This document shows positions 26,441-36,128 of a stretch of DNA of 43,011 nt, in pieces. Each line of letters opens with the position of its first letter. The first letter of the stretch is position 1. The position numbers and the translations under genes were made by a program. This DNA comes from a virus (taxonomy: Duplodnaviria > Caudoviricetes), in IMG/VR virus record IMGVR_UViG_3300025502_000041, positions 1 to 43,011 of that record; one strand, written 5' to 3'. The notes beneath the pieces are model-generated. The model had not been told where the DNA came from and did no database searches. It was given only the letters and a program-made list of their open reading frames with translations.

Positions 26441-26609
26441 AGTCTCTCTTTGTTTTCTTTATAGTTAATTGTACCTTAGTTAGGTGGTTTTGTCCACACA
26501 TCCAAGTAAGTTCCGTTACCTCTGGATAATGCCTAAGTGAGGTCACGGGGTCCTTGCATACATGACAGTTAAACTTTCCGGTGTATGTGCTGTATCGGCT
26601 AGAGCCCAT
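26424..26609 (-). CDS. Small zinc-binding protein
   Basis: CHVC...WMCGQNH; start overlaps the recA stop. Confidence 0.7.
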   Translation of the reverse strand: MGSSRYSTYTGKFNCHVCKDPVTSLRHYPEVTELTWMCGQNHLTKVQLTIKKTKRDYEREI

Positions 26610-27609
26610 TGACCTTGTCCCTAAGCTCTTGCTGAAGGGCAGAGTCCTCTCTGACACGCTTTACGAACGCGTCTCTTCCCTGAACCTTTGTACCGTCTGG
26701 AAGGATGTACCAAGCCCCTGTACGCTCCACATAGCCCACCAACTCTGCCGTGTCTACGAGGTCTCCAATAACATCGATTCCAATAAGATCTCCCTTATAG
26801 TAAAACCCATACTCTCCAGACTCTCCTGGTGCAGAGGTCTTAGAGTTTTGAACCTCCCATCGAACTGTCCGACCTAGCTTTTGCTCTATCAGCTTGTCTC
26901 CAACTTGAATCTTGCCTTTAATGGCCTGACCATCAGACGAGGATGAGAACAGCTTTACGATAGTCGAGGAGAAGAACTGAGTTGCATTACCTCCAGTTGG
27001 AATAGACTGAGTATACATTGCTGTAATGTTATTCCTAGCCTGAGAGATAGCCACAATCAGAGCTGGCTTCTCCTGATTATTCGCATAGTTAATCATCATC
27101 CAAGCATGCTTTAGGTCCTTTGACTCTGACCCAATCTGCTTAGTGTTGTCTAGCTGCTTTAACTCTGTAGAGTCTTTCTCGAAGTATACCGCTGGAAGAA
27201 GAGAGCTTATACTATCTATCACAATCATGTCTACGCCTGCATGCAGCAGGGCCACGACAACATCTACCATGTCGTTGATGCTCCTGGCCTCTGAGTAAAT
27301 CAGCTGTGTGGGATCTACCCCTAGCCTCTCAGCCCATTCTGCATCGTAGGACATCTCTGCGTCAACCCAAGCACAAAGCTTTCCTTCTTTTTGTGCCAAC
27401 CCGATTGTCTGCAGGCACAGAGAAGATTTTGCACTTGACTTGCTTCCCCAAAGAAGAACCTGCCTTCCATAGGGGAATCCTCCACCCAATGCTTTATTAA
27501 GCCCCGGACTGGGAGTAGGCTGAAACTCTGTCTTAATGCCCACGGCTGGTGCCACTTTCTTTCGTAACTTTGGATCTAACAAAGCTAGAGCCTCATCAAT
27601 TGTTGTCAT
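26599..27609 (-). CDS. recA: RecA/UvsX-like recombinase
   Basis: LNKALGGGFPYGR, Walker A GSKSSAKS, WVDAE, IVIDSI, ISQAR, GGNA..F, GAWY, QGRD. Confidence 0.92.
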   Translation of the reverse strand: MTTIDEALALLDPKLRKKVAPAVGIKTEFQPTPSPGLNKALGGGFPYGRQVLLWGSKSSAKSSLCLQTIGLAQKEGKLCAWVDAEMSYDAEWAERLGVDPTQLIYSEARSINDMVDVVVALLHAGVDMIVIDSISSLLPAVYFEKDSTELKQLDNTKQIGSESKDLKHAWMMINYANNQEKPALIVAISQARNNITAMYTQSIPTGGNATQFFSSTIVKLFSSSSDGQAIKGKIQVGDKLIEQKLGRTVRWEVQNSKTSAPGESGEYGFYYKGDLIGIDVIGDLVDTAELVGYVERTGAWYILPDGTKVQGRDAFVKRVREDSALQQELRDKVNGL

Positions 27610-30600
27610 GTACGTCCTCCATAATTATTGTTCCATCTTTTGTTTTTGCGAAGCTGAAGACATACGAGCTGCCTTCTTGTATTTTCATGTATGCCTTAGC
27701 AAATTGCGTAGGGAAGACTGTTACTGGATGAAGCTCCCTGGAAGCATCTGCCAGTGTTAAGTATGCCATTTTCTTTCCAGCTTTAGTTACCCTAGGCTTA
27801 AACGATACCACGTACATCTCCTCATCCTTAAAGGGAAGAGTCTTGTAGTTAAGGTATTTAGTTAGTGATGATTCTACCTTACCAATATCGTCAATCTGAA
27901 TAGCATTCAACACCCTGTTATCACTAGCTAGAAGAAGGTAAGTCTTTCCTGGCTCTATGGCTGTTTGCTCGTCATCAAAGATCCCCGTGCTGCCAGTCTT
28001 ATCAAGTAGCTCTACACGAGACCACCCAGGTCCACGCTTAATGCTCTTGACCATACCCATTAAGATGTAGGATCCCTTTTCCTCGAACTCCTCAACGTCG
28101 CTTATGAATGCGTGGAAGTGTTGCGGAACTGATATATTGAACTCTGGTAGATTTAAGAAGTCATAAAGGTTTTCCTTAATTTCTTGGTCGTTACGGGGAT
28201 TGTCTTCAAATGTTGCTGCCCCGACTACCCGTAGTGCTTGCAAGGACCTGCTATTCACGCCACTACCTTTGGTCAGGCAAAACTTCTCCAGCTCTTGGTA
28301 AGAGCTAAACGGTCTGGAAGCCATGAACTTAGCTGCAATGTTATCTGAGATGTACTTGATTCCTGTTAGCCCAAAACGGATACCCTTGCCTTCGATCTTA
28401 AAGTCGCCGTCAGAGTCGTTAACATGAGGAAGCTTGATGGGAATCCCCATACGCTTAGCTTCGATAAGGTACTCTGTCCTAGCATCCTTGTCTTTCTCAT
28501 TCTTTAGAATGGAATACATAAACTCTAGGGGATAGTGTGTCTTTAGCCATGCCGTCCAGTATGAAAGCGTGGAGTAGGCTACGGCGTGAGACTTATTAAA
28601 AGAATACCCTGCGTGTGCCTCAAAGTCATGCCACAGATCGGCAGCCACGTTAGGGCTAAGATACTGAGAAGCGCCAGCAATAAACTTGTCCTTGAAAACG
28701 TCAAACTCTTTTGCGTCTTTCTTCTTTCCAATGATTTTACGAACCTTGTCAGCTTCGGCCATAGACATGCCACCCAAGTGAACACAAGCTTGCATAACCT
28801 GCTCTTGATACAGGACACAGCCATAGGTCTCAACAGTAAACTGCTTGAATACCTGGTGGTGGTAGCTTATGCTTTGACGGCCTTGCTTCCGAGCAATGTA
28901 GTCTTTACCAATAGTGTTCGCAGCTCCTGGACGGACCAAAGCATTGGATGCTGCGAGCTCTGCAAAGTTTTTAACACGCATCTTTACGAGAAGGTTTGTG
29001 TAAGGTGTTGCTTCACACTGAAATACGCCCTTGGTGTATCCGTCAGACAGCATTTGATATACCTTGGAATCTTCCATGTCTGTCTTAAGAAGATCTATCT
29101 TTTTCCCATGGCGACTTTCGATTATGTCTAGGGTGTCTTTTAGAACAGATAATGTTTTTAGACCTAGTGCGTCTATCTTAATCAGACCGATACGCTCTGC
29201 TTCTTCCATGTCTACTGCGACTACGGGAATCCTCTCCTTGTTTCCAGGAGAGACCCTAGTCTCCATAGGGGCAAACTTGAAGATAGGCTGCTTGGATGTT
29301 ACAACACCTGCTGCGTGGATACCAGTGCCCCTGATTCGGCCCCTCAACTGCTCTCCGTAGTGTTCAATCTCTGGGTACTTGTCCCTAAACCATTGAGACT
29401 GCTTGGCTCGGCAGTAATCTTCCCAGGTGTCAATTACCTTTAGAACCTTGTTGACGTCTGTCAGAGGGATGTGCAAGACTCGAGCTATGTCTCGGACAAC
29501 ACCCTTGTCTTTAAACTGTAGGAATGTAGCGATGGATGCAACATGCTTGTACTGTCTAACTAAATAATCTTTGACGTCTTCACGCCTTGTGTCCTGAATG
29601 TCGGTATCGATATCTGGAAAGTCATTACGCTCTGGATTGATAAACCTGAAGAACAGGAGTCCATGCTGAATGGGGTCAATGTCCGTAATCTCTAAGGCGT
29701 AGCAGAGCAAGGATCCTGCGGAAGAGCCTCTTCCTGGTCCAACCATAATGTTCTGTTTCTTTGCCCAAGCAATCATAGAACGAACAACCAGAAAATAAGG
29801 ACCAAAGTCCTTGTTCTGAATGATCTCTAGCTCTTCGTCTAGTCTTTCCCGATATTCCTCAGTGTTCACACCTCGAAGCTCTAGTCCAGCTAGGGCAAGC
29901 TCTCGAAGCTCTCCGTTAGGGTTCTGGTACTGAACAGGCAAAAGGTCTAGATGGTCTTGGATCTCATAGTCTTCCACCTTATCCGCAACTTCACGAGTAG
30001 AGTCATACATGTCTTCTCTATCAATACCCTGAGCCTTCATGGCGTTGCGCATCTCTTCGTCAGAAAGCAGGTGAATCTCGAAGTTGGCAAAAGACATTTT
30101 CCTTTCACCATACAAATAGTCAAGCCTATCCATTAGGCCTTCGTGCTTCAGTGACTTGTCGTAGGTAGATTCTTTTAATACTTTGTTGGAATAGCTATTA
30201 AGAATAAGCTTTAATTCCTGAATCTCTTTCTGGCTTTCATCTGCGTGATGGCAGTCTGGGGTAACGATAGGCTTAACTCCATACTGATCTGCCAAGGCAA
30301 GCAATTGCACGTTTACTTCTGGAGGATTGTGTGGCATGATCTCAATATAGTAATCGTCCCCAAATACCCTCTTGTGCCACTCTATGATCCTCTTAGCTTC
30401 TGCCAGCTCTTCTGCTTCGATAGCCTTTGCGAGGGCTCCTGAGAGGCAGCCAGAGGTCACTATGAGCCCCTCTGCATACTTCTCTAGAACTTCGTAGTCA
30501 ATGCGTGGCTTCTTGAAGAAACCTTCTGTCCAAGCAATCTCATTTAGCTTGTTTAGGTTCTCTAAGCCAATCTGATTCTTAGCAAGGATGATAACGTGGT

Positions 30601-30871
30601 TGTAAACTAAGTCTAGTAATCCTTCACGGGCATCGTTGCCTCGCTGGTCAAATCTGTCTGCAGTTATGTAGGCTTCTACTCCTAGGACAGGTTTAATTCC
30701 CTTTTCCTTAGCCATTCGGTAAAACTCTCTGTGTCCAGACAGAGATCCGTGATCGGTTATGGCTAAAGCTTTCATTCCTAAAAGCTCTGCCCTGTCGACA
30801 TACTCCTGGGGCGTAGCAATCCCATCAAACAAACTATAGTGTGTGTGAACATGGAGTCCGTTATACGTCAA
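27596..30871 (-). CDS. dnaE: DNA polymerase III alpha subunit
   Basis: LHVHTHYS PHP domain, GRGSSAGS, PDIDTD, GIHAAG, KIDALGL, YSFNKSH; no intein. Confidence 0.97.
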   Translation of the reverse strand: MTYNGLHVHTHYSLFDGIATPQEYVDRAELLGMKALAITDHGSLSGHREFYRMAKEKGIKPVLGVEAYITADRFDQRGNDAREGLLDLVYNHVIILAKNQIGLENLNKLNEIAWTEGFFKKPRIDYEVLEKYAEGLIVTSGCLSGALAKAIEAEELAEAKRIIEWHKRVFGDDYYIEIMPHNPPEVNVQLLALADQYGVKPIVTPDCHHADESQKEIQELKLILNSYSNKVLKESTYDKSLKHEGLMDRLDYLYGERKMSFANFEIHLLSDEEMRNAMKAQGIDREDMYDSTREVADKVEDYEIQDHLDLLPVQYQNPNGELRELALAGLELRGVNTEEYRERLDEELEIIQNKDFGPYFLVVRSMIAWAKKQNIMVGPGRGSSAGSLLCYALEITDIDPIQHGLLFFRFINPERNDFPDIDTDIQDTRREDVKDYLVRQYKHVASIATFLQFKDKGVVRDIARVLHIPLTDVNKVLKVIDTWEDYCRAKQSQWFRDKYPEIEHYGEQLRGRIRGTGIHAAGVVTSKQPIFKFAPMETRVSPGNKERIPVVAVDMEEAERIGLIKIDALGLKTLSVLKDTLDIIESRHGKKIDLLKTDMEDSKVYQMLSDGYTKGVFQCEATPYTNLLVKMRVKNFAELAASNALVRPGAANTIGKDYIARKQGRQSISYHHQVFKQFTVETYGCVLYQEQVMQACVHLGGMSMAEADKVRKIIGKKKDAKEFDVFKDKFIAGASQYLSPNVAADLWHDFEAHAGYSFNKSHAVAYSTLSYWTAWLKTHYPLEFMYSILKNEKDKDARTEYLIEAKRMGIPIKLPHVNDSDGDFKIEGKGIRFGLTGIKYISDNIAAKFMASRPFSSYQELEKFCLTKGSGVNSRSLQALRVVGAATFEDNPRNDQEIKENLYDFLNLPEFNISVPQHFHAFISDVEEFEEKGSYILMGMVKSIKRGPGWSRVELLDKTGSTGIFDDEQTAIEPGKTYLLLASDNRVLNAIQIDDIGKVESSLTKYLNYKTLPFKDEEMYVVSFKPRVTKAGKKMAYLTLADASRELHPVTVFPTQFAKAYMKIQEGSSYVFSFAKTKDGTIIMEDVHDNN

Positions 30872-30900
30872 TTAAGTGTCCTCTTTTTTTGTGTTTAATA

Positions 30901-30929
30901 AGTATGCCATGGGAAGTATGAAAAGTCAA
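30901..30929 (-). promoter_or_regulatory. Promoter of the dnaE operon
   Basis: TTGACT, 17 nt, TGG-CATACT. Confidence 0.65.
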
Positions 30930-30942
30930 TAGAAATGACAAA

Positions 30943-30968
30943 GTGGGGGTAACCTTAGCTACCCCCAC
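30943..30968 (-). terminator. Rho-independent terminator after the SSB gene
   Basis: GTGGGGGTAG-CTAAGG-TTACCCCCAC then TTTG. Confidence 0.75.
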
Positions 30969-30978
30969 AATGTGTTAC

Positions 30979-31635
30979 TTACCAGTCAATATTGGTAGAG
31001 GTTAGCGAGGCTGGAGCGTCGAAGCCCAGGTAAAAGCTTTCCTGCTCTGCATATGGCACGTGACGAACAACCTTCTCTAGATTGAAGGGTGTGTGTCCAG
31101 ACCAGTCAAAAGGCTCAGAATCTGGAGATGTCGGGATCAAGGTGTAGCTAGTCTCTGTTCCCTGACCATTACGCTTAATCTTCCACGACATATTCGAAAT
31201 GCTTCCAGTTTCTAGAGCATACTCTCGTAGGTTATTGAACGCAGACTGCTTACCAATGCCCTGGGACCAAACTGCAACGTATGGAGGCTCAAGACCATCA
31301 TCTACAAGAACGTTACAGTAGAAACGTAGTCGAGCTTTCCATCCTGCCTTTGGGTCTTTTCTGGACATCTCTTCTGCCCAGTCACGACCTTCAGAATCCA
31401 TGGTGTCCAAAGCCTTACGCTTGTAATCCTTGGGATTCGTGTGCTCCTTAACAACTACTGCAAGACCTCTATCCTCTGAATAGCTAGAAGAGTCTTCGTC
31501 AAGCTCTTCGATGAACCTAATCTTTGCCGACTGTCCGTCTGCAAGCTTCAGCCATCGAACCTTTTCTCCGCCAGACTCATACTTTGGCTTGTCTAGTAGT
31601 GCGTTGATGTCTTTTAGTCCTCTTGTAATACTCAT
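30979..31635 (-). CDS. Single-stranded DNA-binding protein (gp32-like)
   Basis: WLKLADGQSAKIRF, KIKRNGQGTETSY, C-terminal acidic/aromatic IDW; position between primase and polymerase. Confidence 0.75.
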   Translation of the reverse strand: MSITRGLKDINALLDKPKYESGGEKVRWLKLADGQSAKIRFIEELDEDSSSYSEDRGLAVVVKEHTNPKDYKRKALDTMDSEGRDWAEEMSRKDPKAGWKARLRFYCNVLVDDGLEPPYVAVWSQGIGKQSAFNNLREYALETGSISNMSWKIKRNGQGTETSYTLIPTSPDSEPFDWSGHTPFNLEKVVRHVPYAEQESFYLGFDAPASLTSTNIDW

Positions 31636-31659
31636 TTTTTTCTCCTTGTTTTATTTACA

Positions 31660-32604
31660 TTATTTTAGCATGTTGGCTATTGATTTGTCAAACGAATACT
31701 CTAACTTTTTTATATCTTCGTCAGACATATCGCCAATGTCTTTGTATTTTTCACTTAGTTGTATTACGGATACTCGAGAGCCAAGTTTTTTAATTATCCT
31801 GTCTTTCATGTTACCGCCTGCTTCATCATTATCCGCAATAACAATTACGTTATTGAAGTATTTTTGTAGTAGGTCTGTTTGTATGTTGGATACGTTTGAT
31901 CCCAAGGTAGCTACCGCTGGAAAGCCACACTGGTGTAGCCTTATAGCGTCAAAGGAAGATTCAACAACATAAACTCTGTCTGCATTCTTTACTCTATGCA
32001 AGTTGAACAAGGTCTTTCCTTTGGGCAATCCTGGGGTGTTCTTAAAATCTTTACCCTCGATGGATCTGCCCACAAAACCAAGAGGCATTCCGTTTGGGGC
32101 GTGGACTGGAATAGTCACCATGTCCCGCTTTTCAGAATAGCCAAGCTTAAAAGTCTCCATGGACTCTACGGAAATGTTTCTGCCAGAATAGTAGTTCTTT
32201 GCTCTCGGAGACTGTAAGGCCGTAGAGGCAAGCCTCTGAATAGTAACTTCATCGAACAAGACGTACGTAGGCTTGTCTATTAGCTTTCTCTCAACTTCTA
32301 GGCTTATGTTAGTTTCTGCTTGCTTGCTCTTGATAAATCTGGCTGACTCGAAATAAGTTCTGCCAGTTGTATGCATGACCAGTTCTTCTAAGTCTGCAAC
32401 CTTGTGGCAGGAAAAACAAAAGAAAGTTCCCTTGGACTTATCAACTTCTCCAGCTGGAGTGCGGTGGTTTGGGTGGAATGGGCAGAACAGCAAGAAGTCA
32501 ACATCGACTTCACCCTCTATTGTGAGGCCTGATCCCGTGAGAACTCGTTTGATTTGCTCTTCTGAGTATAAATTGGTTTTGAACCGTCTAGTCCCAGTAC
32601 CCAT
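31660..32604 (-). CDS. DNA primase (zinc finger + TOPRIM)
   Basis: CPFH...FCFSC; VVESSFDA; ATLG; IADNDEAG; KDIGDM. Confidence 0.93.
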   Translation of the reverse strand: MGTGTRRFKTNLYSEEQIKRVLTGSGLTIEGEVDVDFLLFCPFHPNHRTPAGEVDKSKGTFFCFSCHKVADLEELVMHTTGRTYFESARFIKSKQAETNISLEVERKLIDKPTYVLFDEVTIQRLASTALQSPRAKNYYSGRNISVESMETFKLGYSEKRDMVTIPVHAPNGMPLGFVGRSIEGKDFKNTPGLPKGKTLFNLHRVKNADRVYVVESSFDAIRLHQCGFPAVATLGSNVSNIQTDLLQKYFNNVIVIADNDEAGGNMKDRIIKKLGSRVSVIQLSEKYKDIGDMSDEDIKKLEYSFDKSIANMLK

Positions 32605-32849
32605 TCGCTTTTTTTCTTTCCTATGTATGAACCATATATTGTTAGTTTAAAGTTGAATATCTTTGATTTTTCGTTGTATTCTATTGTGAAGTCTTGAGAT
32701 ATATCTGTTCTAGGAACATAGCCAGAAAGCCTCATCTCTGTGCGCAAAAGTATAGCGTACTCTTTTCGTAGCCTTACTATTGCGGAGTCATCGTAGATGT
32801 CTCCCTGGAGATTGAAACTTTTGATTACCTTGTGGTGATAGCTTTCCAT
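32517..32849 (-). CDS. Hypothetical phage protein, leaderless
   Basis: TATACT-6nt-ATG; lies between helicase and primase. Confidence 0.7.
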   Translation of the reverse strand: MESYHHKVIKSFNLQGDIYDDSAIVRLRKEYAILLRTEMRLSGYVPRTDISQDFTIEYNEKSKIFNFKLTIYGSYIGKKKSEWVLGLDGSKPIYTQKSKSNEFSRDQASQ

Positions 32850-32861
32850 ACATATAGTATA

Positions 32862-34082
32862 CTACATATCCTCGAAAGCTCGGTATTTATACCAACCTTT
32901 ATCAAAATCTGCCTGAATCATAAACTCTCCCATAAAACCATTACGGTTTTTCCTAAATACGCATTCAATTACATCCGAGTTTGGTCCACGCCCCAGCGCA
33001 AGTACCCAGTCGGCGTCGTAAGCGATCTGACGACTCCAAGCAGTTTGTCCTAGGGTAGGCACGGTATCTAGCTTCGTGACGTCATCTGGGGTCGCTGAGG
33101 ATATGGCTAGGATAGGTATCTCTTCTGAGATAGCCATTAGCTTTAGTTCTCGAGAAAGGTTCTTCATCCTAACAGTCTCGTTATCAGACTTCTGGTTTGG
33201 AGACATAAGCTGTAGGTAATCAACAATAATAAAGTCTGGTTTATACTGATCGATCTTGCCCCTAATGACCGAGGGCGTTACCTCTCCACCAGAGTCGTTC
33301 GATATGATGTGAAACTCTGGCTTACCCTCTAGCTTGCTCTTGTGCCAACGCCTGAGATCCTCTACCTCTACGTCGCCTGCAGAGAGCTTCCTGTGAGACC
33401 AGAGTCCCTCTCCCATAATTGTGAATACACGGTTACGAACTTCTGTCTCGCTCATCTCTAGGCTTACTACCATAGGAGTCTTGCCGAGCTTCCAGGCCTG
33501 TACCGCAAAGTATAGGGACAACCAAGACTTACCAATACCGGGATAAGCAAGGAACACCCCCAGCTGTCCTGCAGTAATTCCTGCTGGTAAATAGTTGTCA
33601 AATCCGGGAAGCCCCGTTCTAATACCTTGTACTCCAAGAGCGGTTTGCTTTTGGACATGCTCGTAATAGGCAACAGCGTCTTCGATGTCTGTGGCATCAA
33701 TGTCCCTGATGGCAGAGGTGTTTTTCTTTAGGGCAGAGGTATCAGTAATTAATGACTCCAATACCTTGACGCCTTCGCCATTTTGAATATCTGATGCTGC
33801 CGTGCGGATCATGTCCTTTAGGCTATCATTAAGATACTCTGCCTGCAACTCTTCCAAGTGATACTTGGTGGTTCCGATTCCTGGGACAGGCTGAAAGTCC
33901 CTAAACTTTTCTACAAGTATTGAAGTTGGAGGTACGGACCCATTCCTCTCAGAGTAGGTTCGTATGAACTCCCAGATGTCTTTATGGGTACGGAGAAGGT
34001 TGTCCACGTTTGCCTGTAACAAAACGTGCACCTGCTTATCCTCTAGGACTGCAGATATTAGTTTGGACTCTATGTTATTCAC
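32862..34082 (-). CDS. dnaB: DnaB-like replicative helicase
   Basis: Walker A AYPGIGKS, SLEMS, IVDYLQL, SRELKLMA, IAYDAD, KNRNG. Confidence 0.94.
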   Translation of the reverse strand: MNNIESKLISAVLEDKQVHVLLQANVDNLLRTHKDIWEFIRTYSERNGSVPPTSILVEKFRDFQPVPGIGTTKYHLEELQAEYLNDSLKDMIRTAASDIQNGEGVKVLESLITDTSALKKNTSAIRDIDATDIEDAVAYYEHVQKQTALGVQGIRTGLPGFDNYLPAGITAGQLGVFLAYPGIGKSWLSLYFAVQAWKLGKTPMVVSLEMSETEVRNRVFTIMGEGLWSHRKLSAGDVEVEDLRRWHKSKLEGKPEFHIISNDSGGEVTPSVIRGKIDQYKPDFIIVDYLQLMSPNQKSDNETVRMKNLSRELKLMAISEEIPILAISSATPDDVTKLDTVPTLGQTAWSRQIAYDADWVLALGRGPNSDVIECVFRKNRNGFMGEFMIQADFDKGWYKYRAFEDM

Positions 34083-34383
34083 TCAACCACTTCTTTGCTG
34101 CAGCTCTTCGCTGCTGTCTCTCGGATAAATCTTGCTTGTATATTTCACGCTTAGAAATGATGTCATGTGCGTAGTTGGCAAAATATTTCCATGTTGGATT
34201 TTGGGCTACTTCGAAATAGTATTGTAGCAGGTCGTAGCAATACTCTAAGGTATAAGACTCTACTAGAGCGTCTGCTGCCCATTGTTCTACGTTTAAATTG
34301 ATTTGAGGTCTCTGCTCATACCGTGCAGTATGATACTTGCCGTATCGGCTGAGCAAAGAGAATCTCTCCTTGCGATCAGCCAT
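34075..34383 (-). CDS. Hypothetical protein (possible helicase loader)
   Basis: Coupled directly upstream of dnaB; function is inference only. Confidence 0.7.
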   Translation of the reverse strand: MADRKERFSLLSRYGKYHTARYEQRPQINLNVEQWAADALVESYTLEYCYDLLQYYFEVAQNPTWKYFANYAHDIISKREIYKQDLSERQQRRAAAKKWLSE

Positions 34384-34595
34384 TACTTGTCTAGTTCAGA
34401 CGAGGCTTCTCGAACCTTATCAGACAGCTTCTCTTCTACGAATGCGTAGACACGATCAAAAGCTTGCTCTGTGTTTTCTCCATCACGCTTGCTGTCTGCA
34501 ACGCTAATGTCCACTCTCAAGGATTGAAAGTTTCCTAGGTTGAGGGTATACCCCAAGCCGACTGTTACCTTAGTGTCTTCGTTATTCATGACCAT
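34383..34595 (-). CDS. Hypothetical conserved-type phage protein
   Basis: VGLGYTLNLGNFQSLRVD motif. Confidence 0.8.
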   Translation of the reverse strand: MVMNNEDTKVTVGLGYTLNLGNFQSLRVDISVADSKRDGENTEQAFDRVYAFVEEKLSDKVREASSELDK

Positions 34596-34605
34596 TCTCT
34601 CTCTC

Positions 34606-35154
34606 TTAAATGCTCTCTGCCCAAACTGGGATGAATCTTCCGTCTTCTGTTCTTGTATAAGTTAGTATACCATCCCCCATCCTTCTAGTCAACTCTTGTG
34701 GAGATGGAGTTATGTTATTTGTTATAAGCTTATCTGCCCTAGGTCTCCCCATAGAGTAGGAAGCAAGTATATCACGAATCTCTCTAACTTGCGACTCTGA
34801 ATAATAACTTCTTACTTGCCATCCAGTTGCCCCTCCTTTTTGAGAGCCTGTCGGACGGGGGATCACTTCACGCTTCATAAGCTGTGGCATATACTTCTTG
34901 TGCCTATTTACCAGATCAGCCGCCTCTCCCACTGTGTAGGCTCGCTCCCTGTTTCTTTTAAAATCAAAAACTAAGCAGCTTTCAATCCTATCATGAATAA
35001 TGTTATAAACAGACATTATTCCATTTGCTCTATTTATGTGATGAGATCTTACAAGATCTCCATTTAAAAACCAAACCTTTTTATTGCCAGGAATAATTTG
35101 AGCCTCGTTGTACTCTTCTCGAGTTCTATAGCCACGTTTTGGATTCGGTGCCAA
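34606..35154 (-). CDS. MerR-like HTH DNA-binding protein
   Basis: YTVGEAADLVNRH...IPRP...RSYYSESQV. Confidence 0.7.
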   Translation of the reverse strand: MAPNPKRGYRTREEYNEAQIIPGNKKVWFLNGDLVRSHHINRANGIMSVYNIIHDRIESCLVFDFKRNRERAYTVGEAADLVNRHKKYMPQLMKREVIPRPTGSQKGGATGWQVRSYYSESQVREIRDILASYSMGRPRADKLITNNITPSPQELTRRMGDGILTYTRTEDGRFIPVWAESI

Positions 35155-35164
35155 AATTAACCGA

Positions 35165-35608
35165 CTAGCTTGGTACGCCGATAATAATAATATTGACAGC
35201 TACCGAGGCATCTCCGCTAGAGTTAAACCTAACAACACCCTCCACCCTAGAAGTAGTTACGCTTTTAAGGATTACGCTTACATTTTTGCCAGCAGATGTA
35301 TCAGCAATGTTTATTGGTGTTGCTGTTACGATTGGTGGATACTTTAGCTCTGGCTCAATGAAGTACTCGAATGATTTTTCATTTCCAGCATTGACAGTCG
35401 TATTATTTACGACTTCTTTGTAGGCAGCGATCATTCTTGTCTCAGAGTTGTTTAGGCTCTGCTTGCCATTACTAGGGGTATCAATCGTCACATACTTGTA
35501 TGTCGAGGAAGATACCTGAGTAGAAATGTTATTAATTGCATTTGCTATCTGATAAATATATGTGAGGTCAAGTGGCTGACCTCTTTCTGGTAGTGGTATA
35601 ATTGCCAT
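35165..35608 (-). CDS. Virion/tail-associated protein
   Basis: End of tail module; beta-rich YPPIVTAT...VAVNIIIIG. Confidence 0.65.
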   Translation of the reverse strand: MAIIPLPERGQPLDLTYIYQIANAINNISTQVSSSTYKYVTIDTPSNGKQSLNNSETRMIAAYKEVVNNTTVNAGNEKSFEYFIEPELKYPPIVTATPINIADTSAGKNVSVILKSVTTSRVEGVVRFNSSGDASVAVNIIIIGVPS

Positions 35609-35627
35609 AGTTCTCCTATTATAGCAC

Positions 35628-36128
35628 CTAAACTGCTTCTGGTCCAATAGTATAAACTTTTAAAAAGTCTAGGTCCCTTGTTATTGGTCTTCCCTTTAGG
35701 AATAATTCTACTGTAAGCACATCTGGCTTGGTCGATTGATCTATCCCCTCAATGAAATAAGTATTTGGAATAATAAACGTTGCTGAATTTTGCTGCACTC
35801 TTTCTGCATAGATCCAGTCTCCACCATCCCCCTTGTCCCACCTAAGCCAAACATCATAATCTCTTGCTTTCCTGATATATGCCCCATCTTTTTCAATTGT
35901 GACAGAATCCCAAACTATATCAACATGATTTAATGATTTTCCTAGCGAAGTATTTCCAGAAACAAATGTGTATTCTGGTTGAACTAAAAATATAGGAGAC
36001 CAGTGTGACAACCTGTTTCGGTCCTCTGATACAATTCTATACCTAACAAGATATCCTTGCAGTGTAGGTATGATGTCTGGAAGGTTCCGCTCTATAACTT
36101 TTGCCTTTTTGATTCCTCTGTCTACCAT
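35628..36128 (-). CDS. Tail-module protein
   Basis: YLVRYRIVSEDRNRLSHWSP; coupled in structural operon. Confidence 0.65.
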   Translation of the reverse strand: MVDRGIKKAKVIERNLPDIIPTLQGYLVRYRIVSEDRNRLSHWSPIFLVQPEYTFVSGNTSLGKSLNHVDIVWDSVTIEKDGAYIRKARDYDVWLRWDKGDGGDWIYAERVQQNSATFIIPNTYFIEGIDQSTKPDVLTVELFLKGRPITRDLDFLKVYTIGPEAV

